Assembly (NCBI GenBank): GCA_002269645.1
Contig: NIVC01002826.1
Location: forward strand, 1-64,000
DNA: 64,000 nucleotides
Direction: 5' to 3'
Source: Macrostomum lignano
Lineage: Eukaryota
The notes beneath the pieces were generated by a model. The model was given only the letters and a program-made list of their open reading frames with translations. It ran no database searches and was not told where the DNA came from. Shown piece after piece: positions 50,371 through 62,800 of the stretch (positions are counted from its first letter, which is position 1; each line of letters starts with the position of its first letter). The position numbers were made by a program, and so were the translations under genes.

Positions 50371-53300
50371 ATGCAGACAGAGCTGTCAAGGAAACGGCAA
50401 CTGCGGGCGTTCCGTCTGCATCAGCGGCTGACTGTCAAGGAATTTTTGGACAATTCGACCATTCATGGCTTGTGGAGGCTGCAACAGCAGCAGCAGAACG
50501 AGCAGTTGGAGGACACGGATAGGTAGGAAGACAATTCAATGCAGATAAAGTCAAGTAGAAAGCAAGTAAATAAGGTGACAACTCAAATTTGAAATTTGAG
50601 CACATTCAGGCGCGCCAATACTGTACGCAGGCGCGCACTCGTACACACGCTCACACCGGGTGTACAGCGGCCCCTTGACTTTCTAATCTTCTCCGGACAA
50701 TTTTCGTGCACAAGCCGCGAATGAATGAATTTCGACGCGCACGGAATCGAGCCTGAAGTCGTGCGGCGCGACAGTCGGATGCGTTTTACCGCTGAGTTAC
50801 TGTCCCTGCACGTCTTCTCTGACCCTCAATGCAGGGGTGGGCAAACTCTGTCCGGCCCTCGGGTCCTTGGACACTTTAGAATGGCAATCCGCCCGCTCAA
50901 GGTTTGTGTCTTCTCAGTTATCTCTCCTGCTCTCCTCTCCTCTCCTCCTCTCTCCTCTCTCCTCTCCTCTCCTCTCCTCTCCTCTCCTCTCCTCTCCTCT
51001 CCTCTCCTCTCCTCTCCTCTCCTCTCCTCTCCTCTCATCTCCTCTCCTCTCATCTCCTCTCCTCTCCTCTCCTCTCATCTCCTCTCCTCTCCCCTCTCAT
51101 CTCCTCTCCACTCCTCTCTCATCTCCTCTCCTCTCCCCTCCTCTCCTCTCCTCTCCTCTCCTGCTCTCCTCTCCTCTCCTCTCCTCTCCTCTCCTCTCCT
51201 CTCCTCTCATCTCCTCTCATCTCCTCTCCTCTCCTCTCCTCTCCTGCTCTCTCTCCTCTCCTCTCATCTCCTCTCATCTCCTCTCATCTCCTCTCCTCTC
51301 CTCTCCTCTCCTCTCCTCTCCTCTCCTCTCCTGCTCTCCTCTCCTCTCCTCTCCTCTCCTCTCCTCTCCTCTCCTCTCATCTCCTCTCATCTCCTCTCCT
51401 CTCCTCTCCTCTCCTCTCCTCTCCTCTCCTGCTCTCCTCTCCTCTCATCTCCTCTCCTCTCCTCTCCTCTCATCTCCTCTCCTCTCCTCTCCTCTCTCAT
51501 CTCCTCTCCTCTCCCCTCTCATCTCCTCTCCTCTCCCCTCTCCTTTCCACTCTCAACTGACCCGCAGCCATGAGCTGGATTTTTTATCAGGCCCTTGAGG
51601 TAAAAATTTTGCCGACCCCAGCCGTAATGTATTAATTTGTTATATTACGTGCAATAATAAAAAAATTGCCCACAGGTGTCAAAACACGGCGAATTCTGCT
51701 GTTTGTTTGCAAAGCCCTCAGCAGCGGAGGTGTCACAGTAGTCGCTTAGCTTGGCCCTGCCTTCTGGTGTGCACTTTTGCCAGCCTGTGTCTGCACCTGT
51801 CCCAGCAGGTGTCCGTCTGCTATCGCTATCCGCTGCAATCGTCTACTCGCGAGCTGCCAAACGCTTTCCGTTTCCCCAGCGTCACCCTGTGCGAGGCCGG
51901 TCAGTCGCGCCTGTTCCGGCTGGCGACGCCTACGAGTCGAATCTTCAGTGACTTTGTACACCTCACTGGTTGGTTGCTCCACCTGGCATTGGAAGACAGC
52001 GGCCTGGAACTGCTGCCCGGCATTGCCAGCCGCGGTCTGCAAGCCAGGGACCTGATCATTCAGTGCCGATTGGACGGCGTCGAGTGCAGACCGGATGCGT
52101 TTCAGCGTTTCTATCATGGCCGACACGGGAACTGCTTCACTCTGGCCGGAGGCGACGGCAGCGGAGGGAGCAACGACAGCGGCCCGACGGTCGGCAAGGG
52201 GCTCAGCCTGGTGCTCTACTCGCCGGGTTCGGACCAGCACTATCGACACGCCTTGGAGATCGGCCGACGCCGCCCAGGCGACGGTCTGGAGACACTCGGC
52301 ATCCTGGTCACCGCGCACGCAGTCGGTACGGCGCCGCACATAGACGAGGATGCGGTGCTGGCGGCCGTCGGACAGACAACCGCCATCGGGCTGCGGGAAC
52401 TCCAAACCGCTCTGTGCAACACGCCCGTCCGGCCTTGCCAAGCAACTGGCGAGTTTCGAACGCAGCTCGGTGGCAGCCGAGTCTATCGAACAACTTTGGC
52501 TGACCGGCTTGACTGGCGCTCTGCCGAGCACACGCTGGTTCGGTGCGGCTGCCTGCCGATTGGCCAGGCGCTGCCCGACCGACTGCTTGGGGGCGACTCC
52601 AGTCGTCCTCCTCGCCTGTGCGTTGATGCATTCGACATCGCCCGCGGCTTCGGCTTCTTTGAAGAGCTTCGAAGGGCCCGTCGGCGCGTGTGCAACAGTT
52701 CCTCGAGCGATGGCAGCTGGGACCGTCGGCCCTGCTTGGCTCGGCTGCTTTTGCGATCGCCGAGATTACGTCGCAACTGGGACGCTCTGCGCTGCTATCA
52801 ACTCGATGAAAGCCATCAGAACGAAGAGCCGATGGAAGACCAGTGCGAGTCTACCGCCTACCAGTTCCAGATATTCACTTCGGAGCTGCCCGATTCGGAG
52901 GACGCCAATGCCACGACTGGACGCTACGATGCCCGCCTGATCTTTCAGTCGCTGAGTTCCGCATTGGCTGCGGCGGTTGCCCAGCGCGAAGTGACAGCAG
53001 ATGCAGCAGCGCCTCATTCTCTGCCAGCGGTTACGCACTCAGTTCAGGCCTTGGGTCTCCGTCCAGCCGACTGCGCTGCCATGGTCCGAAGAGCCTTCGC
53101 CAACGAGAGCCACTGCGCATTGGTGCAGGAATTCGTGTCCAGGCACATGCTCCGGGTGCAGGTGTACCCAGTGAGCTTAGACGTGGCTCGCTTCGCCGAG
53201 GAGCGAAGTTACAGCGCAGTTGACCTGCTGTCACATATGGGCGGAATTCTGGGCCTCTGGATTGGCGCTTCGGTGGTGTCCCTGTGCGAGCTGCTTGAAT

Positions 53301-53413
53301 TGGTCGCCTTCCTCTGCGCTGGAGCCGTCGGTCTCGGCGCTGGCAGACGAGGGCTGCCCTGCCTGACCGACCAGTGGACCGAGATGAATGATAAAAAAAT
53401 AGAATCTAAGTAG
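50371..53413 (+). CDS. Divergent DEG/ENaC (amiloride-sensitive sodium channel/ASIC family) subunit, about 629 aa, exons 50371-50522 and 51676-53413 (alternative acceptor 51715)
   Basis: Exon 1 (below the ORF-track size cutoff) encodes the N-terminal EFLDNSTIHGL HG motif. Exon 2 has TM1, FPSVTLC, CRLDGVEC, HGNCFTL, GLSLVL, RCGCLP and TM2 DLLSHMGGILGLWIGASVVSLCELLEL with the GAS filter. The phase-2 junction is in frame. Confidence 0.88.
50925..51545. repeat. (CTCCT)n/(CTCAT)n pentanucleotide microsatellite in the DEG/ENaC intron
   Basis: Direct reading. Confidence 0.97.
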
Positions 53414-53489
53414 ATAGTAAGGCCTAACGGAGGATAAAAGTAAGACAGAATAGGACGAGACTTCACATGACAAGTACCATACAGGACGC

Positions 53490-54975
53490 GAAGAAGAAGA
53501 CAGTGCCGCATAGGATGCGACGAGAGAAGACAGTACCATACAGGACGCGAAGAAGAAGACAGTGCCGTATAGGATGCGACGAGAGAAGACAGTGCCGCAT
53601 AGGAGGCGACGAGAGAAGACAGTGCCGCATAGGATGCGACGAGAGAAGACAGTGCCGCATAGGATGCGACGAGAGAAGACAGTGCCGCATAGGAGGCGAC
53701 GAGAGAAGACAGTACCGTATAGGAGGCGACGAGAGAAGACAGTGCCGCATAGGATGCGACGAGAGAAGACAGTACCGTACAGGATGCGACGAGAGAAGAC
53801 AGTACCGTATAGGAGGCGACGAGAGAAGACAGTGCCGCATAGGAGGCGACGAGAGAAGACAGTACTGTATAGGAGGCGACGAGAGAAGACAGTGCCGCAT
53901 AGGAGGCGACGAGAGAAGACAGTACCGTATAGGAGGCGACGAGAGAAGACAGTACCGTATAGAATGCGACGAGAGAAGACAGTACCGTATAGAATGCGAC
54001 GAGAGAAGACAGTGCCGCATAGGATGCGACGAGAGAAGACAGTACCGTACAGGATGCGACGAGAGAAGACAGTGCCGCATAGGAGGCGACGAGAGAAGAC
54101 AGTACCGTATAGGAGGCGACGAGAGAAGACAGTGCCGCATAGGATGCGACGAGAGAAGACAGTGCCGCATAGGAGGCGACGAGAGAAGACAGTACCGTAT
54201 AGGAGGCGACGAGAGAAGACAGTGCCGCATAGGAGGCGACGAGAGAAGACAGTACCGTATAGGAGGCGACGAGAGAAGACAGTGCCGCATAGGATGCGAC
54301 GAGAGAAGACAGTACCGTACAGGATGCGACGAGAGAAGACAGTACCGTATAGGAGGCGACGAGAGAAGACAGTGCCGCATAGGAGGCGACGAGAGAAGAC
54401 AGTACTGTATAGGAGGCGACGAGAGAAGACAGTGCCGCATAGGAGGCGACGAGAGAAGACAGTACCGTATAGGAGGCGACGAGAGAAGACAGTACCGTAT
54501 AGAATGCGACGAGAGAAGACAGTACCGTATAGAATGCGACGAGAGAAGACAGTGCCGCATAGGATGCGACGAGAGAAGACAGTACCGTACAGGATGCGAC
54601 GAGAGAAGACAGTGCCGCATAGGAGGCGACGAGAGAAGACAGTACCGTATAGGAGGCGACGAGAGAAGACAGTGCCGCATAGGATGCGACGAGAGAAGAC
54701 AGTGCCGCATAGGATGCGACGAGAGAAGACAGTACCGCATAGGATGCGACGAGAGAAGACAGTGCCGCATAGGAGGCGACGAGAGAAGACAGTACCGTAT
54801 AGGATGCGACGAGAGAAGACAGTACCGTATAGGATGCGACGAGAGAAGACAGTACCGTATAGGATGCGACGAGAGAAGACAGTACCGTATAGGATGCGAC
54901 GAGAGAAGACAGTACCGTATAGGATGCGACGAGAGAAGACAGTACCGTATAGGATGCGACGAGAGAAGACAGTAT
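53490..54975. repeat. 30-bp minisatellite (GAGAGAAGACAGTGCCGCATAGGATGCGAC and variants), about 49 copies
   Basis: The period is exactly 30 (two units per 60-nt line). Confidence 0.98.
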
Positions 54976-56011
54976 CGGGTAGGAAAAGATGAAAACTAAA
55001 TTAGTAAAAGGGACAAGACTGGATTTGTTAAACTACTCTCAAGTCAAGCAACAAACGGGGCAAAAAAATAACATTTGCACATTTCTACTTTTATCAGCTA
55101 GTAGCGCTAATGCGACAGATACGTGTAATTGTGCAGTGCAGCGTGCCAGAGTGTGCGAGTCAGACCCACTGTCATCTAATTTCGTAACCTCACTTTACTC
55201 GTCTGCTTCGACTGTTTTTCGGCCCCCAAGCACCGCAGTTCAAAGAGCACGCTGCCCTATTTACTGACCCTGCAGCATTGTAGAAAAACATCGGCACCAT
55301 TCGTGACTCTGCGATAACCAAGGCAACAAAACTAAGTTAAATTTTCGTCTCAGATTGCAAATGGTTTTTAAGCAGACCGCATTTTATCTTTTATTTACTA
55401 TAGGCTTAGATAAATAGTAGGTAAAGAGCTGACTGAAGTACTTCATGTGCTTTGAAGTACTCTCTTTTTGATATGCGTCATATATTAATAATCATTTTCA
55501 TAACGCAATGTACTCTTCAAAAAAATCAAACCGCTTCAACTACGCAAAGAGTTGACCGGTTCTTTGTGTATGAAAAAAATGCCAATGCATTGTTTTTGAA
55601 AAATATGTTTATTAAGAATAAAAAACTTTGCCTTGATAGTTTACGCAGATTATTAAGTCTAATGTCAATCTTTGGTACGATTGGGTCCAGCTGATAGAAT
55701 AAAATGCCTTTTTAAAAAGTCTTGCTTATACGTGGCAAAATTGTATTCTATTTTTACATAAGCGCTTAGAACAAGGCATTATAAGCTGACGATACAAAAT
55801 GTATAACAAATCAAAGTTCTATATCTGAATATTTTTCTGGAATAAGAACGAAATTCTTACGTATAGAAAGACAAGCTCTAAAAGTTTAGCGAGTTTGAAC
55901 TGAATGGACGTAGGGTTGCTGCCCACTCGCAGCTTAAAAAACCAGTTACCTGTAAATGATATGACGATAAGCGAGTCCGACCCCACTAGCTGGTCTCTCC
56001 ACGAGAGCTCG

Positions 56012-57385
56012 TCATCCTTGCAGAGCTTTGGCCAGAGTCTGCAGCTCATACTCGGCCGCCATCTCGATGAGTTCGGCCCGTCCGAAGTCGGCCGAGCCTC
56101 CGGCCAGGCAGTCGCACAGCAGCCGCTCAGCAGTGGCCAGCAGATGCGGCACCCGGAATCGAGACGCCAGGAGCAGCACCTGCTGCACATTGGTCGGCGT
56201 AACTCCGTACGTAGTTCCCGGATGCGTCAGCCTGGCCAGGAGAACCAGGTCCGAGTGGGCGGCGCCCTGAAGCACCAGTTCGCCAGAGTTGGCTGGCGCA
56301 GCCTCCAGCAAGTCGCGAATCGCCTCGGAGCAAAGTGCCACGATCTGGGGCACGCAGTACACGGGCCTCGTGTCGGCGCCGCTGTCGCCAACAAGACGGA
56401 GCGTCGCCAGCGGCGACCACTGGACTGTGAAGTCGGGCATAACGGCGCCCGTGGGCAGCTGCACTCGCGGCTGCTCTGATCGCCTCAACGCAGCAGCGGG
56501 AGGAGGAGCCACGGCTGCCTCGGCTGAGACCAGCTGCACCAGCAGGTACACGTGGTGGTGGCCGGTCTTGGCCGACAGTTTGCAGTTCATCTCCTCCAGG
56601 CGGTAGCTGGCCACCTGGTCCACAACGTGCAACAGGTACGGGCCCATCTCTTTTAGTTCGCCGCGAACATTCTGGTACACGACCTGTAATACATGACAGT
56701 ACATTTGGAACTTTGATTGGCATCTACAGGTCATGGTTCTCATGCAAATTTCATAAAAGTACAGACTTTACGATTCCTAAATATTTTAGGATTTTAAAAT
56801 AGCCTTTTATAAATTGGGGAGTATTATGCCGTGTGTTACAGTAAGTGTGTTAAAGTAAAAATAAGAATCTAGGTTTGTGGAGCCCAAGTTGGCATGACCT
56901 CTGTTGTTATTCAAGCGTACTTTGTGGATTCAAACCTTGCACAGTAAATGAGCAGCCCGCAGCAGCTCGCCGTTCAGCCGCAACACGAGATCGAAGTGCG
57001 TATGCGGCGACATGCTGATGGTGCAAGCCTCGTCAACGGCCCTCTGCGCCTGTATGGACACGAACACGCCCTCCTGAGCCTTCTTCAGCGCCTGGGCAAC
57101 TGCCGGATCCTCCACGCCATGCTGCGGCCTCGCCCCCGACGTGTCCGGGCTGGCTTTGGACAGCTGGTACTCCACAGACCGACCGGTCCGGGGCACCAGC
57201 ACCTTCACCTGCAGCGGGTTGAGCATGATGCCGCGTATCGGCCGGCTGATGACGAACTTCACCGGCTTGCTGCTCGCCGCGCCGCTCCCACCCTGCGCAG
57301 ACATCAGGGCGGAAATTCCGCCGCTGCGCGAATTGAAGGTTAACATTGAAGACGTCTGCTGCGTTGTTGTCGAGCCGCTGTTCAT
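56012..57385 (-). CDS. BTB/POZ-domain-containing protein with an unrecognised N-terminal region, about 373 aa, 2 exons (57385-56936, 56683-56012)
   Basis: The phase-0 junction AAG|gtttga...attacag|GTC is in frame. The C-terminal VYCVPQIVALCSEAIRDLL...VTPTNVQQVLLLASRFRVPHLLATAERLL...ELIEMAAEYELQTL resembles a BTB fold of the nematode/invertebrate BTB(-BACK) type. Confidence 0.65.
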
Positions 57386-58064
57386 GTTGACTGCTTCCGA
57401 GCCTGCTATTCTAATTAATACAGAGTCTTATATGCATTTAGCAGAGACGGAGTCGTGAGCGTGGACTAATTTGAGGTCTAGCACAATAAATGTCGAGTTG
57501 CAATGTACAACTGCTCTTTGCCCTTGCGTTACGCGGGCACCCAGATATAGGGACTTGGAGGAGTGGAATGGAACGAAAAGGTTTAACACTACAACCAGAG
57601 TTGCGCACTGCGTTTGTACACGCACACACGAAAATATGGGGCAGAGTTAGTGCAGTTGGCAAAACCTCAACCTCTCAAACTAAGTATCAGGGTCTGTTCT
57701 GGCAATGTACACAGGGACTGGACAGCGCGGTGGGCCGTGCTGATCTACGTACACTTTTCAGCAAACAGGTGTGACTCTCTGGAAACTACTCGCTTCAAAT
57801 TCTAACCCTCTCCATCGGCCCTAAAAGTTTTCTTAAAAAGCCAGCAAATATATCGTATATGTCTACTCGTACAGTAGTATATAAGGCAGACCAAGAGACA
57901 CGAGAACACACTTTATGGGTCAGATTTTCAAGTCTTCTTTCGATATTCAAGTAGGGCGGCGCTCAAGGCCGCTTCACAATATCGCTAGTAGTTCCGCCGG
58001 TCAACATCGTCTAAATAAATTTAAAAAATGGGTCTGAAATAGCTATGAATTGATTTGAGCATTA

Positions 58065-58190
58065 TTTGGCAGTTGTGATAGTTGGAGTTTCCAGTTTTGT
58101 GCCAGATGGCAGTTTCCAGTTGTGATAGTTGGAGTTTTCAGTTGTGATAGTTGGGAGTTTCCATCTGTGCCAGATGGAGTTTCCAGTTGT
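58065..58190. repeat. Short degenerate repeat of about 20 bp (CAGTTGTGATAGTTGGAGTTTC-like)
   Basis: Direct reading; 5-6 imperfect copies. Confidence 0.7.
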
Positions 58191-59803
58191 GCCAGCAGGG
58201 CCATTGAAGCAGGACACTTCATTCCCACACGCTGTATTCTATACATATGCTCAGTATATTACTATTAAGTAGTGCCATTTCAATACGCTTGTATAGGCAA
58301 ACCGTGGTGGCATTAATGTAAAAAACTCCCACAGTGAATTAGTTTGTCTAAAGTGTAAATCAGGCAGTGCCTCTTCAACGCCTATAGCTCAGTGCTCAGC
58401 GTGGCCCTTGTCCGTTGTTGAATCGTGAATTCAGGTGTTGAAAAGCATGTTTACACAGGAACAGCGCCTGTGTAGGCACTCGTCGACAGTATCTCCCGGT
58501 GAATTGATTTGTTGAAATTCCATAATTTCCCTGGCGAGGACAACAATAGACTTGTTTCAATTCACTCTGTGTATTTGTCTCCGGAAATGTTTGTTTCAGA
58601 GCCTCTTCTTCAACAAGTGTTGGAGCAGAATTTTTTCAACTGAAATCGAAGCTGAGCAGAGCAGAGGGAGCTTTTAAAGCTATAGAAGGGACTGGAAGTG
58701 GATTAGATTTGCGAAAAAAATTGAATCTTTAGTTTTAGTTTGTTAATAGAACAAAAGTACTTTCACAACGCTTACGATTAATCTCGCAACAACGCAGTCT
58801 CCGTCACGAAGTCCTTGCTAAAATTTATTTATTCGAGAAACTGCTGTATCGTCCCGTACTCATAATCTTTTTTACACTAAATTCTCTTCAAAATCCCCTG
58901 AGCCAAATTTATAGGAACGTAATTGGCATTTGAGGCCAACAATTAAACAGCACTGAAAATTTTGGCCGGGCCAGAACGGCCCATCCATCATGTGGAGTCT
59001 TGCCCCCCCCTCATTATATTTAATTTATCCTTTTTCCACCTGGGCGGCACCCCATCTGCATGCAGCCCTGCAGCCTCAGCTGCTGCCGCAGAAGCTCTTG
59101 AACTCGCCCTGGGACCCTCTCTTGTCCACCATATTCCGCAGCTTTAGATAAAGCCACAACCCACGCAAAAATCCTTTTCTGTAATTCATCGGTTGCCCCT
59201 ACGTCAAACAGAATACACCACCCACTCCAGACCTGCTCAGATGCTCTCTGTGCAGTCTATACCGGCTCCCAGCTGTTTGATTTGGTTTGGCAGATAAGCG
59301 GGAGTTTTTAAATAAAAAAAGTATGAATAAGGCTCTATTGTTTCCCTGAATTTACCTCAATCCCATTTTTAACCCAAAGCACACTCTATCCCCACGGTAA
59401 CCAAGCGCGCGATGATGGCTGCTGGCTCAACTCCCCCCCCCGCATGGCCTGGCCAATCGATGGATCCAGGATTAGAGTAGAGTGAACAAATATGCTCACC
59501 TGTGCGTACTAATTGCAATGCAAAGAGAGGGGGCAGGACAAAAATCTCTCAACCACTATGCAGCGGTTCTGAGCAACAGAAGGCTTCGAGCTTGGTATGT
59601 CGCTTATGAACGGTGGGTGGGTTTGGACTCTGGAGGGGGTTGGGAGTTTGGGATTCCTCGGGGATTTACAAGTGGCTGGCATTGTTGGTAGCAACCGAAA
59701 TAAATATTGAAGGTTTTCCTCAGCGAAATATAGGCAGCAACCGATGCGGTTTAGATATTCTTTCTGGCTCGTTCTCCCGTCTCTGCTACCGCATTCTGAT
59801 ACG

Positions 59804-62800
59804 ATGCGTCTGCGCCACGGATCAGCCTTGGCTGTCTGCCTGCTGGCTGTCTGCATATGTAAGACAAAGATTTTATTAACTAACATGTACCTGTACTCAG
59901 TTACACGCTTTTGCATAGTATCCGCCTCAATTGTGATAAGCCAGACAGTTACAAACGACTTCCCAGAGTATCATCAAGCAAATTTTTATTGTCTTTAAGG
60001 ACTTAAAGGGGATATCAACTTCCATGTCAGCAAATGATAAATTGCCGGACCAGTCGACTATAACCGCCGGGACGTTCTATCCAAGTCTCTTTCTTGTGCT
60101 TCGACGGCTTCTATAATCGACTGTGTCCGGAAATCTGTCGATTGCAGTCGATTCTGTCCTGAGCTTTGCTTCGGCCTCCATTCCGACGCTTGAGTTAACA
60201 TCCCCTTTGCTTCAGAAGGCAGAGCAGGTTAGCGGTAAAAACACGTCTGTATCTCGAACTACGATCCCTGATTCGGATCAGTCAGCGCCCACATTAGGTT
60301 GGCTTGTGCACAAAAATTGGCCAAACGGGGCCGTTGTCGTGCGATTCAAACCCATGATGGCCACCCCCCAAAGGCCCACAGAGAGTGTACATGCCTAACG
60401 ATTAGAAAGTCAAGCCCTCCTGCAATTATCAATTATTATTATTATTATTCCTCTTTGTTCTCGAACCATTTTCCAACCTAGCTTTGCTAGAATTTTCTAC
60501 AACATCGAACTGAATATAATCCTTTTTTGGTTCCAGTTACAGTCGTTAACGGACAGTCGTGCGACTCCAATCCGTGCCTGAATTTCACCATCTGCAACGG
60601 CTACATGGAGACTGAGTGCACCAACGCCAACAACCGGCAGTACCGCGGCTACTGTTATTTCAACCGATTCTGCACCAGCTGTGAGCTTTAATTCTATTAC
60701 TTTGTCAAGAAATCGGTCCATTTCGCAATGCTTAATACTCCTCAAGTATTAAGTTATAAACTTTTAAATTACGAGTGGAACTCCTCCTTCGGAGAAGAGA
60801 GGGGAAGAACTTCCATCGCCGGAATTCCATTCCCTGAAATCCATCAGTTGAAACTCCATGACTTGAATCCCATCTTCCAAATCATCTCCAAATCCTCTGT
60901 AAAGCCTTTTTGCTCTCCTCTTTGCCCTTTCATTTCTACAGTGTAGTCTCTTTCCTCTCGTACTCCTCAAGTATTAAGTTATAAACTTTTTAATTATTAT
61001 AACGGATGTACCTCTTTACGTGAATTTTTTTAGAGGAAGTGGAGTTAATTTTGAAACGATTGTTGGATTCATTGTTTTTTTTTCAGATGCGGAAGTGGGA
61101 GGCGATCTTACCATCACCATCGAAGGAGCTTCACCTGCTGTGGTGAGCAAAATCCTTATGTATTCTTGATTTCTTTGTAACTCATTTGCATATAGCTCGT
61201 AGCAAGCTTTATTCTTCTGAGGAACCAGAAGAATTTACAACATTTTAAACTACGAGTGTACCGGTAGTTTTTTTACTCGGCCTCAGATTCATCGGTACTA
61301 CTCTGACATCAAGAGATCGGTCATGGATGCGTACAACAGCTACTGCCGAACCGGGGACAACTATAAACGCTGCTGTCCCGGTGCCATTCGCTGGTAAATA
61401 ATTTACTGAAATGCTTCAATGATTGGGTCGCTACTAAACTAGTCAAAATGGTTTGATTTTCAGGCCCAACCAACAATCTGAAGCTAATAGCAAGTTTGCG
61501 ATGGAGGCTCCGGAGACAGAGGTCAACATCCCGGCTTCCAAGGGGGCCGAACGATCCACCATAATCATAATTAGACTGGTGCCGAGACAGAGCAGCACGC
61601 TATGCAATTCAGTCGAGTATCCGGCCACGTCTACCGTTGCGGGACAAACCTCGCTATCTAGTAGCCAGTCGTCTGGAGCTTCGATGACTTCTGCAAGCCC
61701 GACAACCTCTGGAGCTTCGATGACTTCTGCAAGCCCGACACCCTCTGGAGCTTCGATGACTTCTGCAAGCCCGACAACCTCTGGAGCTTCGATGACTTCT
61801 GCAAGCCCGACTACCTCTGGAGCTTCGATGACTTCTGCAAGCCCGACTACCTCTGGAGCTTCGATGACTTCTGCAAGCCCGACAACCTCTGGAGCTTCGA
61901 TAACTTCTGCAAGCCCGACAACCTCTGGAGCTTCGATGACTTCTGCAAGCCCGACACCCTCTGGAGCTTCGGTGACTTCTGCAAGCCCGACACCCTCTGG
62001 AGCTTCGATGACTTCTGAAAGCCCGGCTCCGTCGGGAAGCCCGGCTCCGTCGGGAAGCCCGGCTCCGTCGGGAAGCCCGGCTCCGTCGGGAAGCCCGCCT
62101 CCGTCGGGAAGCCCTCCTTCGTCGGGAAGCCCGCCTCCGTCGGAAAGCCCGCCTCCGTCGGAAAGCCCGCCTCCGTCGGGAAGCCCGCCTCCGTCGGGAA
62201 GCCCGCCTCCGTCGGGAAGCCCGCCTCCGTCGGGAAGCCCGCCTCCGTCGGGAAGCCCGCCTCCGTCGGGAAGCCCGCCTCCGTCGGGAAGCCCGCCTCC
62301 GTCGGGAAGCCCTCCTCCGTCGGGAAGCCCGCCTCCGTCGGGAAGCCCGGCTCCGTCGGGAAGCCCGCCTCCGTCGGGAAGCCCGCCTCCGTCGGGAAGC
62401 CCGGCTCCGTCGGGAAGCCCGCCTCCGTCGGGAAGCCCGCCTCCGTCGGGAAGCCCGCCTCCGTCGGGAAGCCCGCCTCCGTCGGGAAGCCCGCCTCCGT
62501 CGGGAAGCCCGCCTCCGTCGGGAAGCCCGCCTCCGTCGGGAAGCCCGGCTCCGTCGGGAAGCTCGCCTCCGTCGGGAAGCCCGCCTCCGTCGGGAAGCCC
62601 TCCTTCGTCGGGAAGCCCGCCTCCGTCGGAAAGCCCGCCTCCGTCGGAAAGCCCGCCTCCGTCGGGAAGCCCGCCTCCGTCGGGAAGCCCGGCTCCGTCG
62701 GGAAGCCCGGCTCCGTCGGGAAGCCCGGCTCCGTCGGGAAGCCCGGCTCCGTCGGGAAGCCCGGCTCCGTCGGGAAGCCCGGCTCCGTCGGGAAGCCCGG

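Noticed and set aside
50904-51598. Ser/Pro/Leu-rich ORFs
   Set aside because: They come from a (CTCCT)n microsatellite inside an intron.
53463-54999. Arg-rich repeat ORFs of 435-510 aa
   Set aside because: They are artefacts of a stop-free 30-bp minisatellite.
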